From the human T2T-CHM13v2.0 reference genome, Homo sapiens, in the NCBI RefSeq assembly GCF_009914755.1, contig NC_060941.1: a stretch of 64,000 nt of DNA. The stretch is one strand, 5' to 3'. The notes under the pieces are model-generated. The model was not told where the DNA came from and searched no databases. It saw only the letters and a program-made list of their open reading frames with translations. Position 1 is the first letter of the stretch; the number at the start of each line of letters is the position of its first letter. Positions 1-14,625 of the stretch are shown in pieces. Position numbers and translations under genes: made by a program.

Positions 1-53
1 ACCTCGGTCTCCCAAAGCACTGAGATTACAGGTGTGAACCACTGTGCCCAGCC
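1..53 (-). mobile_element. Alu, 5' end (cut by window edge)
   Basis: ctcccaaagcactgagattacaggtgtgaaccactgtgcccagcc. Confidence 0.9.
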
Positions 54-3000
54 AAGAAATATGGTCATTTTAGAATTGTCTATGTGGTATTATCTGTTTT
101 GATGACTTTGTTTAGATAGCACAATGAGCAGTGTTTTGAGTTATACCAGAGTTGGTTGAACATCTCTGTTTTCCCCATTTCTGGTTAATGTTCATGTTTC
201 TGATTTCTGAAAATGATTTTTAGAAAAAATTATGTATACATCTATATCATTCAGTAAATTTTATAACTTTAGATTAATGAAGTAAGTAAAGTGAGAGAAA
301 GGAGATTTGATATGTGTATCTTATGGCTCAGTATGCCCTTTTATGCCCTGCTTATCAATAAAAACATTCTGAAAGAACCACCTGCCAACTCATGACCTTT
401 TTCAAATGTTACAATTATCATTTAGAGGTAGCATCACACATTTGGGATAATTTTATTCAGGGTTTAGATAGTAAAGTCAACATATAAAATAAAAACTGAG
501 TATAAAGAAAATTATCCTCAGAAATCCATTACATATCATTCACGACATTCATTAAACAGAAATACTGCTTCTCAGTATATCCAACCCTGCCAGTTTATCC
601 TTTAGAGTTGTAACTATTTTACTCTTTACTCTCTTTTTCTTTGACCACCAGATGAAGTAGTTGGCTGATGTATAGGGATCACATATATGATTTTTAAGAA
701 TATATTTCTTTTTCTTCTCTGTCACTCATTACCCTACTGCTGCAGATTGAAGTCCTGATCTGAAGCAGTAGCCATTGCTAGGAAAGACACAACCCCGCGT
801 AGAAAGTTGGCCAAAGCTTGAATTGCTATAGCTAGTAGAATGGTTACTTTCTTAACTCCTGTGAGAATAGAGATTTCGTATGTACATCTCTTCATAAATA
901 TTACCCTACCTTTAAGCACAATAGAGTTTAGCACGGATGATTACTCCTTAGAGAAAGCTTTTAATATAGCAAGACTGAAAAAAGAATAAAAATAAAAAAG
1001 AATGTAAAACTGTATAAGTTTTAGCATGACTTACCTAAATTAATCATAAAGGAGTTAAAAATTAGTAACCAAGGGGAAGAGCTTAACTCCTTAAATCTCT
1101 CTCCACCCTTAAGTTAAATCCAATTTTTCAAGCAAAACAAAACCTGTGTACTTTGTCTTTTGAAGTATTTTAATCATGTCCTCATCCCAGTTAGCTCCTA
1201 CACAGCATAAGCAACGTTAGAAAAAATTATTTGTTGTCCAAGTTTACATTTTTTGCAGAACTTTTCTGGTATCTCTCTAATGCAAAGATCTGCTCAACAT
1301 GACTTGATGATGGGGAGGTGGGAGAGAAAGTTGCTCTTTTTACCTAAGATATTGAATAATTAGTATTCTAAAAAGTCACAACTGAAGAGAATTTCCCTCA
1401 AAAATAACTACTGGCACAAGACAATATTTGAGTTAAAAAACTTACTAGGTAGAAGAGATTAGATTATCCAGGAAACAGAATGAGATAGGCTGTCCATGGA
1501 ATTTCCAAGTCAAACATAATAGCTCATTTTTGAGTTTGCCCTACAGTTTTCTAGTTAGGTAGGATAAAAAGTAATAGGTTATTTTAAACAACTCAATCAC
1601 TTTGCATGTTCTTTGATATTAACCATTCCATAGAAACCACTTATACTTCTTTATTACCAAGTTACTATTTTCTGAAGACATTTATAAGTCATGTTGAGGC
1701 AGTAGAATTACTTGTACATTATTATATTAAATAATCCTTGAACGCTAGTCCGCAGTATCTGTATCTACTATAATTCTAAAAAGAAATAGCTACTAGCTAC
1801 TTGTGAAAAGTATATGCAGTGTGATGGGACACAATATCCAGTCAAACATAAAACCTAGCCTGGAAAAATATTTACCCTTTCAGGCAATTTTCTGTGTTTA
1901 TGGAGTTCTATTGAAATTCCACTTTTCATTTTTCTTTGCTGTTTTGCTTAGATACTATTAAAAAAGATAATATAGATGTTTAGAATTTTAAGCCTTTGCT
2001 TTGTATTTATTTTTTTCTATTCCCACAGTAGCTTTAGGAATAAGGTAGAAAATGCTTTACTGAGATGAATCAGTGGGTCAGAGTAGTTAGGTGCCTTACT
2101 CAGGGTTATATTTAGAAGTAGCAAAGCTGTTAGTCCAACTACAGTCAAGACTAGTCAAATGCATGTCCATCCCACTACATTGCAATTCTTTTTAGTCACA
2201 TTTTACTGAGGTTCTTCATTTATGGAGATAAATGCATCATAAATCTATGACCAACAAATACGTAACTTTTCCAGAATTGGTATTATAATGGCAGTGTTGC
2301 CCATGTAAGAGAATGGTATAATAGGTAAATTTACCTAATATTTTGCTTTGTATTGTATCTGAATATTGCATTAAATAAATGGTGATGGAAAAGTAACACA
2401 GAGATATGATATAGAACAATTTCATATAGAACTACCCTATATAAATAGATGAAATATCATAGCATCAGTGACCCATGCTTAATAAATCTAATGAAAGATA
2501 TTTTTCTGCACCAGTCATCTCAGAGCAACATCCAGAAGACTATAGAGAGAGTACCATTACGACAATTCTATGCATTGGTGCTTTCACTGGCTCCCTCTTC
2601 TCCTGTGATACCGTTTGGAAGCTATCCTACTATCCCCTGGAAGGGGGAGCTCTTCCTAATTCCTGGGAGGTGAGGGAAAACTATGACAAGAAAACGATTG
2701 TCCAGGCCCAGTTAGGGAGAGGCCTTTAGAAGCATGGAGTGGACCAGTAACCCTGTCTTACAAGTGATTGACGGAGAAGTTTTCTTGTTCATGAATGAAG
2801 GCTATGAGCATTTTTAGTGAAGTAAGTGTCTTTTGAAACTTTCTTTATCTAGAAGGAATACAGGTGATAGTATGCCTCTCTTTGAAATTGGTGTCATTGC
2901 TACTTTATTAGTCAATCAGTTGATAGTGCTGCAGTTTTGGCATATCTGATGCATACCATCTGAATGAAAGGCATTTAATTAGGGTTTTAATATCTCTAAG

Positions 3001-3363
3001 TATTTAAAAATGAATTTTCTGCTATCTCAAACTCTAGACAGTTCCTTACATTGCAACAAAATCACTGTATAATTTTAACACTTAATAAATTATGGAGATA
3101 CTGCAGACCTATATTAGCTTGCTAAAGTATTAATATTTTAAATTACCTCAATTGCATTTTTTGTTGGTGCCTACTAAGTAACTGTTTTACAGCGTATATT
3201 CACACAGCTCTGATTCAGAAAATCAGAAGAGCAAAACATGAGAAGGAAACAGTAAGAGAGGAGTTTACAGCTTTAAGGCATGAGGAGCTTACAGCTTTTT
3301 AATATAAATTGTTCCCAGAATCCATGTCACAGATCCTTATATGGTGCTGCTTTTTTCCTCTTG

Positions 3364-3377
3364 GTTGCTATGACAAC
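3364..3377. promoter_or_regulatory. RFX X-box motif
   Basis: GTTGCTATGACAAC, close to consensus GTTGCCATGGCAAC, in non-repeat sequence. Confidence 0.5.
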
Positions 3378-4864
3378 AGCAGCACTGCACCATTCATCAG
3401 CTCTGGACCTGGGCTGCACTGCTAGCCTTCCTTGTTACTCCTGAATGTTAAGAAGAACATCCGTGAATCATTCACTCTGTTAACGCTGCGCCATTAGAAA
3501 CCTAAGAACCAGTTCTTCCAGTAATTTGCTCTAACAGAGGGTGAACTAAACTGCGCCACAGAGAAAAATTGTGTAAAAATATTTCTTTTATCCTAATGGA
3601 ATCATACAACCTATATTTGCTGCAGTATTCTGAAAGGACAAGCTTATGTCAACCAATCTAATGAAAAGAACTCGTCTGTGTAATCTCTTGAAATCATTAG
3701 TTGTTCAAAACAGAATACCACAGTGCTTCTCTGGATACAAAAAGAAGCAGGTGATGTTGTTAGGGGTTCTAAACCCCTTTGGGAGCATCTCTTGTGCTTT
3801 GGGACCATAATCAACATCTGCTATAAGAAGTATCACCTGTAACGCACAGTAAGTTCTGGGCAGCGTAAAGAGCTGGCTGGAGATTAAAGTGTGGGTCATT
3901 CCTGATGTGTCAGGTCTGATAACAACATGACCAGTGAATAAGAAGCCTTTCAGCTTTTCTAGGGGAAAAGACTCTGTAGTATTGACTAGTGAGGAAGAAA
4001 AACTAAAACCTGTGAGTATGATGAGTAGAGTATTTGTTACGTGGATTTCTGAGCTGTAAAGTCTACTTTGTTCTTTATAGAAAAATAAACACAGCCTAAG
4101 ATAATTTGACATCTAGTTTTCAAGGAAGCCATTAAGAAGCTGTATTTTGGCACATTTATTTAATTTTTAATTGTGTGTTCTTTTGCTTTATATATTTATA
4201 TGCATATATGAACCTTTTGAAATGGTTTTATATTTTAAAAAAGAATATGCATTGCAGAGAAGCCTGTTAAAAACTCAATTTTTCAATGTAAATGTGAAGG
4301 TTAGATTGTCTCTCCTGTTAGATTGCAATTCCAGAATAGAGCTCTACTTCCTGTTGCAGTATCCTTATAAATAAAATACCTTTTTTAAAAAATAACAATA
4401 TGGAAATCTAGAATTTTGTAAACAAGCTTTCTTAATACATAAAATCATTCTTGTTATTTCATTAACTGGAGTGTTTACAAATGGACTTTCTTAGTTTAAG
4501 AATTTTTTTTAACAACACAATTTGCAAGTTATGATATTTATTGTCTTATTTTCTCAGTTGAGTTTAGACTAAATTAGAAATTTACCTTTGTTTACTTGTA
4601 TTTTTAGATCATTTGGTAATTATCAACAAGATATATTGATTTTATATACTGACTTTTCTTAAAAGACTCTTTGTTTTCTGGCTTTTAATTATTTTCTCTT
4701 TTTAGTTCCTCAGCTAACCATGGTAACTTAGAAATGTCTTGAAAGTAGGAACTTGGTTTTTCAAAATTAGGATATTTGTAGTGATCTTCAGCCACTTCAA
4801 AAAAGAAAAAGATATTTTCATTTAGTCTTATTCTTTCAATTACTTGTCTTCCTAAGTTGCTCTT

Positions 4865-5469
4865 ATTGATTTATTGATTGATTGAGACAGGGTTGCCCAG
4901 GTTGGAGTGCAGTGGTGCAATGATGGCTTGCTGCAGCCTCGACCTCCCAGGCTCAAGCCATCCTCCTCCCTCACCCTATTGAGTAGCTTGGACTACAGGC
5001 ATGTGCCACCATATCCAACTAATTTTTTTTTTTTTTTTTTTTTGAGACAGAGTCTCGCTCTGTCGCCCAGGCTGGAGTGTAGTGGTGCGAACTCAGCTCA
5101 CTGCTGCAAGCTCTGCCTCCCGGGTTCACACCATACTCCTGCCTCAGCCTCCTGAGTAGCTAGGACTACAGGCGCCCACCACCACGCCCGGCTAATTTTT
5201 GTATTTTTAGTAGAGATGGGGTTTCACCATGTTAGCCAGGGATGGTCTCGATCTCCTGACCCCGTGATCCGCCCACCCCAGCCTCCCAAAGTGCTGGGAT
5301 TACAGGAGTGAGCCACCACACCCGGCCCTCCAACTAATTTTTTTAAAACATTTTTATAGAGATGAAGTCTCATGTTGCCTAGGCTGATCTCAAACTTGGG
5401 CTCAAGCAGTCCTCCCACCTTGGCCTCCCCAAGTGCTGGGATTACAGGTATGAGCTGTGGCTCCCAGTC
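4865..5469 (-). mobile_element. Old Alu (AluJ-like) interrupted by a younger Alu
   Basis: Right arm 4881-5022, left arm 5343-5469; TSD agttgctctt at 4855-4864 and 5472-5481. Confidence 0.85.
5023..5327 (-). mobile_element. Younger full-length Alu (AluY/Sc-like) nested in the central linker of the older Alu
   Basis: Full dimer; TSD tccaactaattttt at 5014-5027 and 5329-5342. Confidence 0.9.
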
Positions 5470-5978
5470 TGAGTTGCTCTTCTGAAATGCACTTTATTTG
5501 GAAAATATATACGTCAGTGATATGACTAGGTTATTTTAATTTACACAATTAGCAAAAGAAGATTTTTGTTATTTTGTCATTATACCATTCAATTTCTATT
5601 CCTTCTTCCATTTTTGAGACTTTGCCTATCTGTTTATACAAGTGCCTTTGCCCAATGTTTAGAAAGCCTTTAAATAGGGAGAATTAATATGTTAAGGGAT
5701 AATGAAAGGGTTAATCATTTGTATTAACAGTTATATATGTCATTAATAACAAGATTTTGCTTCCGTCATCTATAACGGATCAAATAAATATTCACATTTT
5801 AACTATTGCTCTGCAAGTAAATAAAATAGGAATTTTAAATTTTATGTATATTTAATAATTGTGTACATTATAAGTTAATGCTTCTTTATGACTATCCTCA
5901 CACATGTATGTATAGAAACAAAGGATTTTATATATCCATTATCTCTGAAACTATAATTTTTATTAACAGTAGCAAAGA

Positions 5979-6312
<334 letters not shown>

Positions 6313-6779
6313 TTAATAACAAAGACTGGTTTAGGTACTTTTTAATGAGGTTAGTATTTTTATTAGCAGATTTATTCATTTTCAAGTAATCTTTCTTGAC
6401 CATATCCTTTGGTATTTTTTTTTTATGTTTGGGATCTTATTATATATTCCTTAAAGATTGTATATTAACCTATTTGTTTGTTTGTAAACTGGCTAATGTA
6501 AAATCCACTATAGACCTCCCTATTTTAAGAGATGCTGCAGTAAGTCCTTTTATAATAATCCCTATTATGCTGATTTGGTGAATCTGTATGTATGTTAGGT
6601 TTTCTTAAAGGCCATCCAGTTTATTTCAGCATGTAAAAATTCAAGTTGCAGATTTAACTGGCAGAGTTCTATGAAAAAAATAAGACTTAATACTTTGGAT
6701 GATCATTTAGCCCCTCAATTTCAAACTAGTTTGACAACTTCCATCTTACTTTCTGAAATTCTTTAAAAAGTCTTTTCAA

Positions 6780-7085
6780 GGCCAGGTGGTGACTCATGCT
6801 TGTAATCCCACCACTTTGGGAGGCTGATGTGGGTGGATTGCTTGAGCTCAGGAGTTGGAGACCAGCCTGGGCAAATGGTGAAACCCTGTCTTTACAAAAA
6901 ATACAAAAAATTATCCAGGCATGGTGGTGCACACCTCTGGTCCCAGCTGCTTGGGAGGTTTAGGTAGGAGAATCGCCTGAGGCTGGGAAGGTAAAGTTGT
7001 AGTGAGCCGTGATTACTTCATTGCATTCCAGCCTGGGTGACAGTATGAGACTCTGTCTCAAAAAAAAAAAAAAAAAAAAAAAAAA
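6780..7085 (+). mobile_element. Alu, full length
   Basis: Dimer, A-rich linker, long poly(A). Confidence 0.9.
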
Positions 7086-8056
7086 CTATTCAATATTGTT
7101 CATATAACATACAACTGGGTAAAATCTTAGTTAATAGTAGGCGTTACTTTTTTGGGGGGAGGGAATGTGCTAGTGAATAGAATATAACAATTTCAAATGT
7201 AAACTCTTAGGTTTTTTCCCCTGGTTTTCACTAACTGAAACTTAAACATGTTGTCCTAATAACACTTCTGAATATCTGGGAATTTGTTAGTAATAAGCTT
7301 TTATTAGAAAATAAATACCTCATTTCTGTTAGAGTCTACATTAAGACATGAAGGACTCCTATTGGTGATAAATTATTTTAAAAGGGTCATTTCTAGTCAT
7401 CCTAGCTATTTTTTCTCATGGGAATTAATCATAATATTTCGGTGATAAATGTGTGTTTTTTATCACTCCAACATTATGTAAGAAAACATTTTTACCACTG
7501 TAAACTTTGCAGCTTAGGACAGGTTAACTTCTGTGAGGTTTCTCTTCTATAAGATGAATGAAGTAGTGCATTTTTGTAGTGTCATTGTAGGCATTAAGAA
7601 AAATATATAGATAAAGCATCTAGTATAGTACTTGACACAGGGGAAGCATTCTCTTAGTCTTTGATACTTACTTTCCCCCCATTCCTCTCCATTGGCCTAC
7701 ATCAGTGATTTTTGGACTTTTCTTTGGGAGCTCCTTTAAGGCAAAGGCATTTGAATACTTACCAAAGGGATCTGGGATGTAGCCTGAAGTGGTACCCAAA
7801 AGGAAACCTGGAAATTTCTTGCAAATCTCATATTTCTTTAAAACTGTGTACATTCTACATGTATTTTTATTTTATAATAAAAATGTTTCCCAAAAAAATC
7901 TTTAAGTAAAACTCACTCTTCAGGAAAATATACTACATTTTCTCCTATAAATTTGCATACCCCAACATAATACTCCTCACCTATATGTATTCCCCAGTTG
8001 AAGACATGCTACTTAGATCATCGGGTCTGGGTATCATTTTAAAAATAGAAATTCTA

Positions 8057-8276
<220 letters not shown>

Positions 8277-8698
8277 TCAAGAGGCAAGGATGAAAAACTC
8301 AATCTGGTTGAATCTGGAAGGCTTACTCAGTTCAAAAAAGTGAATAGTGGTTTGAAGTTGAGTTAAGCTGTAGTGGGATGAGAAAGGAATATTTCATGTC
8401 GGAACTAGAGAAGAATGATGATAGAGAAACGGTTTAGCATTTTAAAGCCTGAGAAGTCCTACAATAAAGGGAACTTTTTAATTGTTTAATCTAGCATCTC
8501 TAAAACTTGACAGCAGACACTTTATTTCTTACATGCCCCTGCAAAACCATGTGGAACAAGTAAGTGTTCCAAGGAGCATGCTTTAGGAAATAACTGACCA
8601 AAGAAAGTTATGTCATTTAGAAGGAAAGAAGAGTGGTTAACTGCACAAAATGAAGTATGAAAGAAATCATCTTAGCACTCCAGAAGATATGGAAACAT

Positions 8699-8996
<298 letters not shown>

Positions 8997-9519
8997 CAGA
9001 AGATTATGGAAACATAATTTACTCAGATTCCCCAGATAAATTATACTTTGCTTTAATATTTTAAAGATGAGTGTGTTTTTTAAATTGGAGAAAATATTGT
9101 TTATTATGTAGACTAGAAAGTAAAATGGTAAAGTGACTTAAGTAAAATCTCAGAAGCAAAAGTGTACAAAATGCATTCAAGTGGTAAATAAATCAGTTTG
9201 TCTGGAACAGAGGTTTCATGAAGGATGCTCTGGAAGAGACAACTGGGACCAAAATGACGAAGCCATTAGGGCAGTGATAACCTAACATGGTAGCCATGGA
9301 AAATGTATAAAGAGAAAAAGATTTTGGAGGAATAAGCAGATTGGTGACTGGCCAGCTATAGAGTACAGGAATATGAAAGATCTGCCAAAGATGATTATAC
9401 AATTTTAAGAAGAAAAATGATGGCTTTGCTAATAGGAAAAGCTTAGACAGATAGCTGATTTTAAGAGATTGATAGACATTGAGTTCAGGGTGGTAGGACG
9501 ATATAAGAGGGGAAATGTG

Positions 9520-9861
<342 letters not shown>

Positions 9862-9927
9862 TTAAGCTGTAAATTTGGAAGTTATACCCGTAGAGAGTAT
9901 AGTTAAAACTGTAGAGTAGGTAAAATC

Positions 9928-10228
9928 TTTTTTTTTTTTTTTTTTTTTTTGAGATGGAGCCTCGCTGTCACCCAGGCTAGAGTCCAGTGACACTATCTTG
10001 GCTCACTGCAACCTCTGCCTCCTGAGTTCAAGCAATTCTCTGCCTCAGCCTCCCGAGTAGCTGGGATTACAGGTACCTGCCACCACGCCCAGCTAATTTT
10101 TTTTATTTTTAGTAGAGATGGGGTTTCACCATCTTGGCCAGGCTGGTCTTGAATGTCTGACCTTGTGATCCACCCGCCTTGGCCTCCCAAAGTGCTGGGA
10201 TCACAGGCATGAGCCACAGCGCCCAGCC
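9928..10228 (-). mobile_element. Alu (AluS-like)
   Basis: poly(T) then reverse-complement dimer. Confidence 0.92.
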
Positions 10229-10880
10229 ATAAGGTCTCTTTAGGATGCGAATTGAACAAATAGAAAAGGTAGAAAGTAAATATTTCATAAGAATTTACGA
10301 GGAATTTTCATGTTTACTCATTTTGTCTTTTCGTTGGCACTTTGAATTATTATGGCCCTAATCTTATTTATGAAGAAAACAAGACCTAATCAGGCTAACC
10401 ATGAAGAATTTAGGCATAAGAGATCAGAGCTCCAACTTAGACCTCTCTCTAACTTCAGTATCTGTTCTCGGGGATCAAGAAGTAAATCTTAAGAAATACA
10501 ACCTAAGGGACCAAAAGAGAAAAACCCACTTTAAAAAACAAATGAGATGAATAAGGAGCAGTATGAAAGATATTGAAGGAACCAAGATGGTGTAACTTTT
10601 GCTGGAAACTGAGGCTTGGAACCGTTTGAGTGACTAGGATCATGATTTTCTTGACATATGATTCTGCCTTTTGCTCTCCTGAACTGTAGTCCAAACTCTT
10701 AGCTGCAGTGGTCTACATTTGGCAAATATTTGTATTCTGTTTCATTAAAGAGGAGAAAGAAAGAGAGAGGCTACATAAAATCGGTGGGAGAAGGAAGCAT
10801 TTAATGAGAAACTTACAGTCAAATACACTTCTTAGAGTTCTAATTGCTTTTTGGTGTCTGTGATATATAGTCACATGTAG

Positions 10881-11211
10881 CAGGGATCCCCAACGCTCAG
10901 GCTGCAGACTAGTACCAGTCCGTGGCCTATTAGGAACTGGGCGGCACAGCAGGATGTGAGCCTGCAGGCGAGCAAGCATTACTGCTTGAGCTCCGCCTCC
11001 TGTCAGATCAGCAGAGGCACTAGATTCTCACAGGAGCATGAACCCTATTATGAAATGCACATCTGAGGGATCTAGGTTGCTTGCCCCTTATGAGACTCTA
11101 ACGCCTGATGATCTGAGGTGGAACAGTTACATCTCAAAACCATCCCCACCCCCAACAAAAATTGTCTTCCGCAAAATGGGTCTCTGGTGCCCAAAAGATT
11201 GGGGACCACTG
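10881..11211 (+). mobile_element. MER1B-like hAT-Charlie DNA transposon fossil
   Basis: Terminal inverted repeats cagggatccccaac ... ttggggaccactg; typical internal sequence; degenerate 8-bp TSD acatgtag/atacatag. Confidence 0.85.
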
Positions 11212-11359
11212 ATACATAGGACTCTTTAAGACTTTTAAAAATGAAATGTTTCTCTTTCTCCATTCAACATCCTTACTCCAGTAAATTTCTCGTTAAGATA
11301 GCTGAAAGGATCCCTAAAGCAGTTAACTGTTTTACCTTAACTCCTGCAATATGATGTAA

Positions 11360-11545
11360 TAGTTCAGATCCTGCGCTTACTAGCAGTGTGACGTTGGGCA
11401 AGTTGTATAACTTCTCTGTGCTTCAGTTTCCTCATCTGTGAAATGAGTATAACAACTCCCTTAGGATTTGTAAGAATTAAAGGAATTTTTACAGGAAAAA
11501 TGCTTACAACAGCCTCTAGTACATAGTAACTGTCCAATAATGATA
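11360..11545 (+). mobile_element. MIR
   Basis: Core gtgtgacgttgggcaagtt...cagtttcctcatctgtgaaatg. Confidence 0.8.
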
Positions 11546-12139
11546 GTTGATGATGATGCTGTCACTTAATAGCAACTGCATGATCCTATGTATCTCTCTA
11601 TACCTTTCTTTAAAGTCCTGTGTACTTTTCCTTTTTTTCTTTGTTGAGAAGGGAAGCCGTTTTTTACCTTTACTAGGTAGGCTGAGTTTTTTAAGTGAGC
11701 AGAGAGTAGTTACAACTTGAATCAGAAGGCTTAAATTTATATGACAATATAAACATGCCTGGATTTAGAAAACATCTTGCTGTCAAATGGATACTGGTGG
11801 TGTCCTCTCCTGATAACAGTAATATTGTAACCATTAATGTTCAGAGTATTTCATTGTGAGTTTATATTACTTCCTGTGGGAACTGGTTTCATATTCAGTC
11901 CAAAACACTTGATAAGTATGTAGTTTCTCCTTCCTTGTTTTATTTAAAAGAACCCTTTACCAAAAAAGTATGATAAATATATTGTCACATTGTTATGATA
12001 TAATGAGAAGCTTTGATATAATTGTGGTAAAATTATACATTCAGTACACAGCAGGCCTTTTCATCTTAGCATTTATTACAAATTTAAGTTTTAAATTAGT
12101 TAGCAATATAATGTAGCGTAAGCTTATCTTACATAGTTT

Positions 12140-12355
12140 GTGTACTCTGGAGCCAGACTGCCTGGATTTGAATTCTGACTGATATGCCTTACTTCTGTGT
12201 CCTTGGGCAAGTAACTTAACCTCTCCCTCAGTTTCCGCATCTGCAAAAAGCAGGTAGTAATAGTACCTACTACTTCCTAGGGTTATTATGAGGATTAAAT
12301 GAGTGAATGACTTTGAACAGTTTTGATCACAATAAGTGCTCAATTATTGCTGTTA
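12140..12355 (+). mobile_element. MIR
   Basis: ccttgggcaagtaacttaacctctccctcagtttcc...gaggattaaatgag. Confidence 0.8.
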
Positions 12356-12369
12356 TTATTTAGTATTTG

Positions 12370-12495
12370 TGTGGTTTACGTCTTGTCTCCCTAAAAGGGA
12401 GAGAGAGTATTTGTCCTTTTTATTATTATATCCTCAGTCTTTAGCACAATGCCTGGCATATAGTAGATGTTCAATAAATATTTACTGAATAAATC
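12370..12495 (+). mobile_element. L2 3' end
   Basis: agcacaatgcctggcatatagtagatgttcaataaatatttactgaat. Confidence 0.7.
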
Positions 12496-12617
12496 AATAA
12501 AACATCCTGCACTTACCTAGAGCTTCAATAATATTCTTAGCTTGAATGCCTTCGGCTAAGCAGGCCAAAGCAGATAACACTATTATGATGTTAAGAGCCT
12601 TTACTCACTAAGGTTTT

Positions 12618-12955
<338 letters not shown>

Positions 12956-14419
12956 TGAGATCTTGAAAATTTGTGACTCACTGTTTTATTTATTGATCAG
13001 ACTTGTGATGGTAAACACTTTACAACTGAGGCTAGAAGTAAGTATGACACATGAGTCACGTTCCTTTTACCTCCCCACCCCCCACTGATTCTTAGGACTC
13101 TAACAGTATTATAGTGCCTAGAAAAGAAAGGAATAGCTCTCTTCATGCTGATTTTGACCTGTTTTTAAAGCTTATTACTGAAAGGTTATAATGTAAAAGG
13201 TACTGCTGATATATAAGGTACTGCTTACCTAAGCCTGAGGCTGGGGACATACTGCAGTTATGACTAAGTTTCTCATTTTTAAGTACCAAAAAATGGACAG
13301 ATTTAGCTTGTCAACACTGCGATTAAAATTTGCTGTTTTTTCTTGTTATTACCGCTGGGTATTCTCTGTTGTGTTCAATAAGGAATTCTTCTTATGGTAC
13401 TAAATGTCTAATATTTTCTACCCTTCTCCATTCTGGGGATAAATCATTGCTTTAATGAACCATTTTTGTAGATATATTAATGTCTAGTCTAGTTTATACT
13501 TATTTTAAATGATATTTCATTTGTTTATACAATGTGACATTGAACTATGAGCTACCTCTTCTACTTCTAACTTAATTTTAATTTGACTTTAATTCTAATT
13601 ATATAATTTTTCCAGATTATGCCTTGGATTTTGAAAAGACATTTCTTATCAAGGTTCATCTGTCCAAAATAGTTTTATGTTTCTCTTATGCTTTTGACAC
13701 TTTACTTCCCAAATCATTTATTATTGAGAAAATAGCTAGTAAAATGTCACAAAAATTGTATAGATTAGAGACTGAAATGTGACAAAGTAGAAATGATTTC
13801 TTTATGAAAATCTATTCATGCTTTAATTTCTTACTCCATCATGGTCCTTTCAGTTATGGGCACTGGCTCTCATTAGTCACCATAAGAAACTGGCAGGATT
13901 TTATACTCTGCTTTATTTCCAAATCTAAATATTGACAATTAGTGCCTTACAAGCATGGTGGCATATGAAAATGTTGTTAGACTTCTCAGACCTTTCTCAT
14001 TTTATTTGCGTTCTGCATATTACCATGCCCTGCACACTGTGAGCTAACTCTACCAGTTAGAAGAGAAGATTTCTTAACTGACCTTCCCCTAATCACTTGC
14101 AGGATTAAAGTTTTCATTCCCTTTGTGACACCTACTGACTGTTGTCAGGACAAGATGTATATTAGAGGCCAGTAGGCTACCTTCTAATGCACCTGGGTAC
14201 TTCTGTTATTCCTGTGGTGGCCTGTGCTTACTTAATGAGAGGCAGTTAAGTTAATGCCCATTGTACTTCTTATTATGATAATATAATTAAATTATGTATA
14301 TGTTAGATACAAATACAGAAAGAAAGCACCTATAAAAGAGTTTCTAGGAAAATTATGTTAAAAGCTTTGGAAAAACTCAATATCAATAAAAGTAAGGTGC
14401 TAAAAAAATGCTGTAACTG

Positions 14420-14625
14420 GATGACTACTCAATAATAATTGTACATTTTAAAATAACTAAAAGAACATAATTGGGTTGTTTCTAACACATAGGATAAATG
14501 CTTGAGGTGATAGATACCCCATTTATCCTGATGTGATTATTACACATTATATGCCTGTATCAAAATAACTCATACACCCCACAAATGTATATGCCTACTG
14601 CGTACCCCCAAAAATTAAAAATAAA
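14420..14625 (+). mobile_element. L1MA-type 3' end
   Basis: ggataaatgcttgaggtgatagatacccc...gtaccccc aaaaattaaaaataaa. Confidence 0.8.

Noticed and set aside
3705-4112. 135-aa minus-strand ORF in unique sequence
   Set aside because: No recognisable domain and no supporting promoter or splice structure; an ORF of this length is plausible by chance in 64 kb. PhyloCSF or Ribo-seq would settle it
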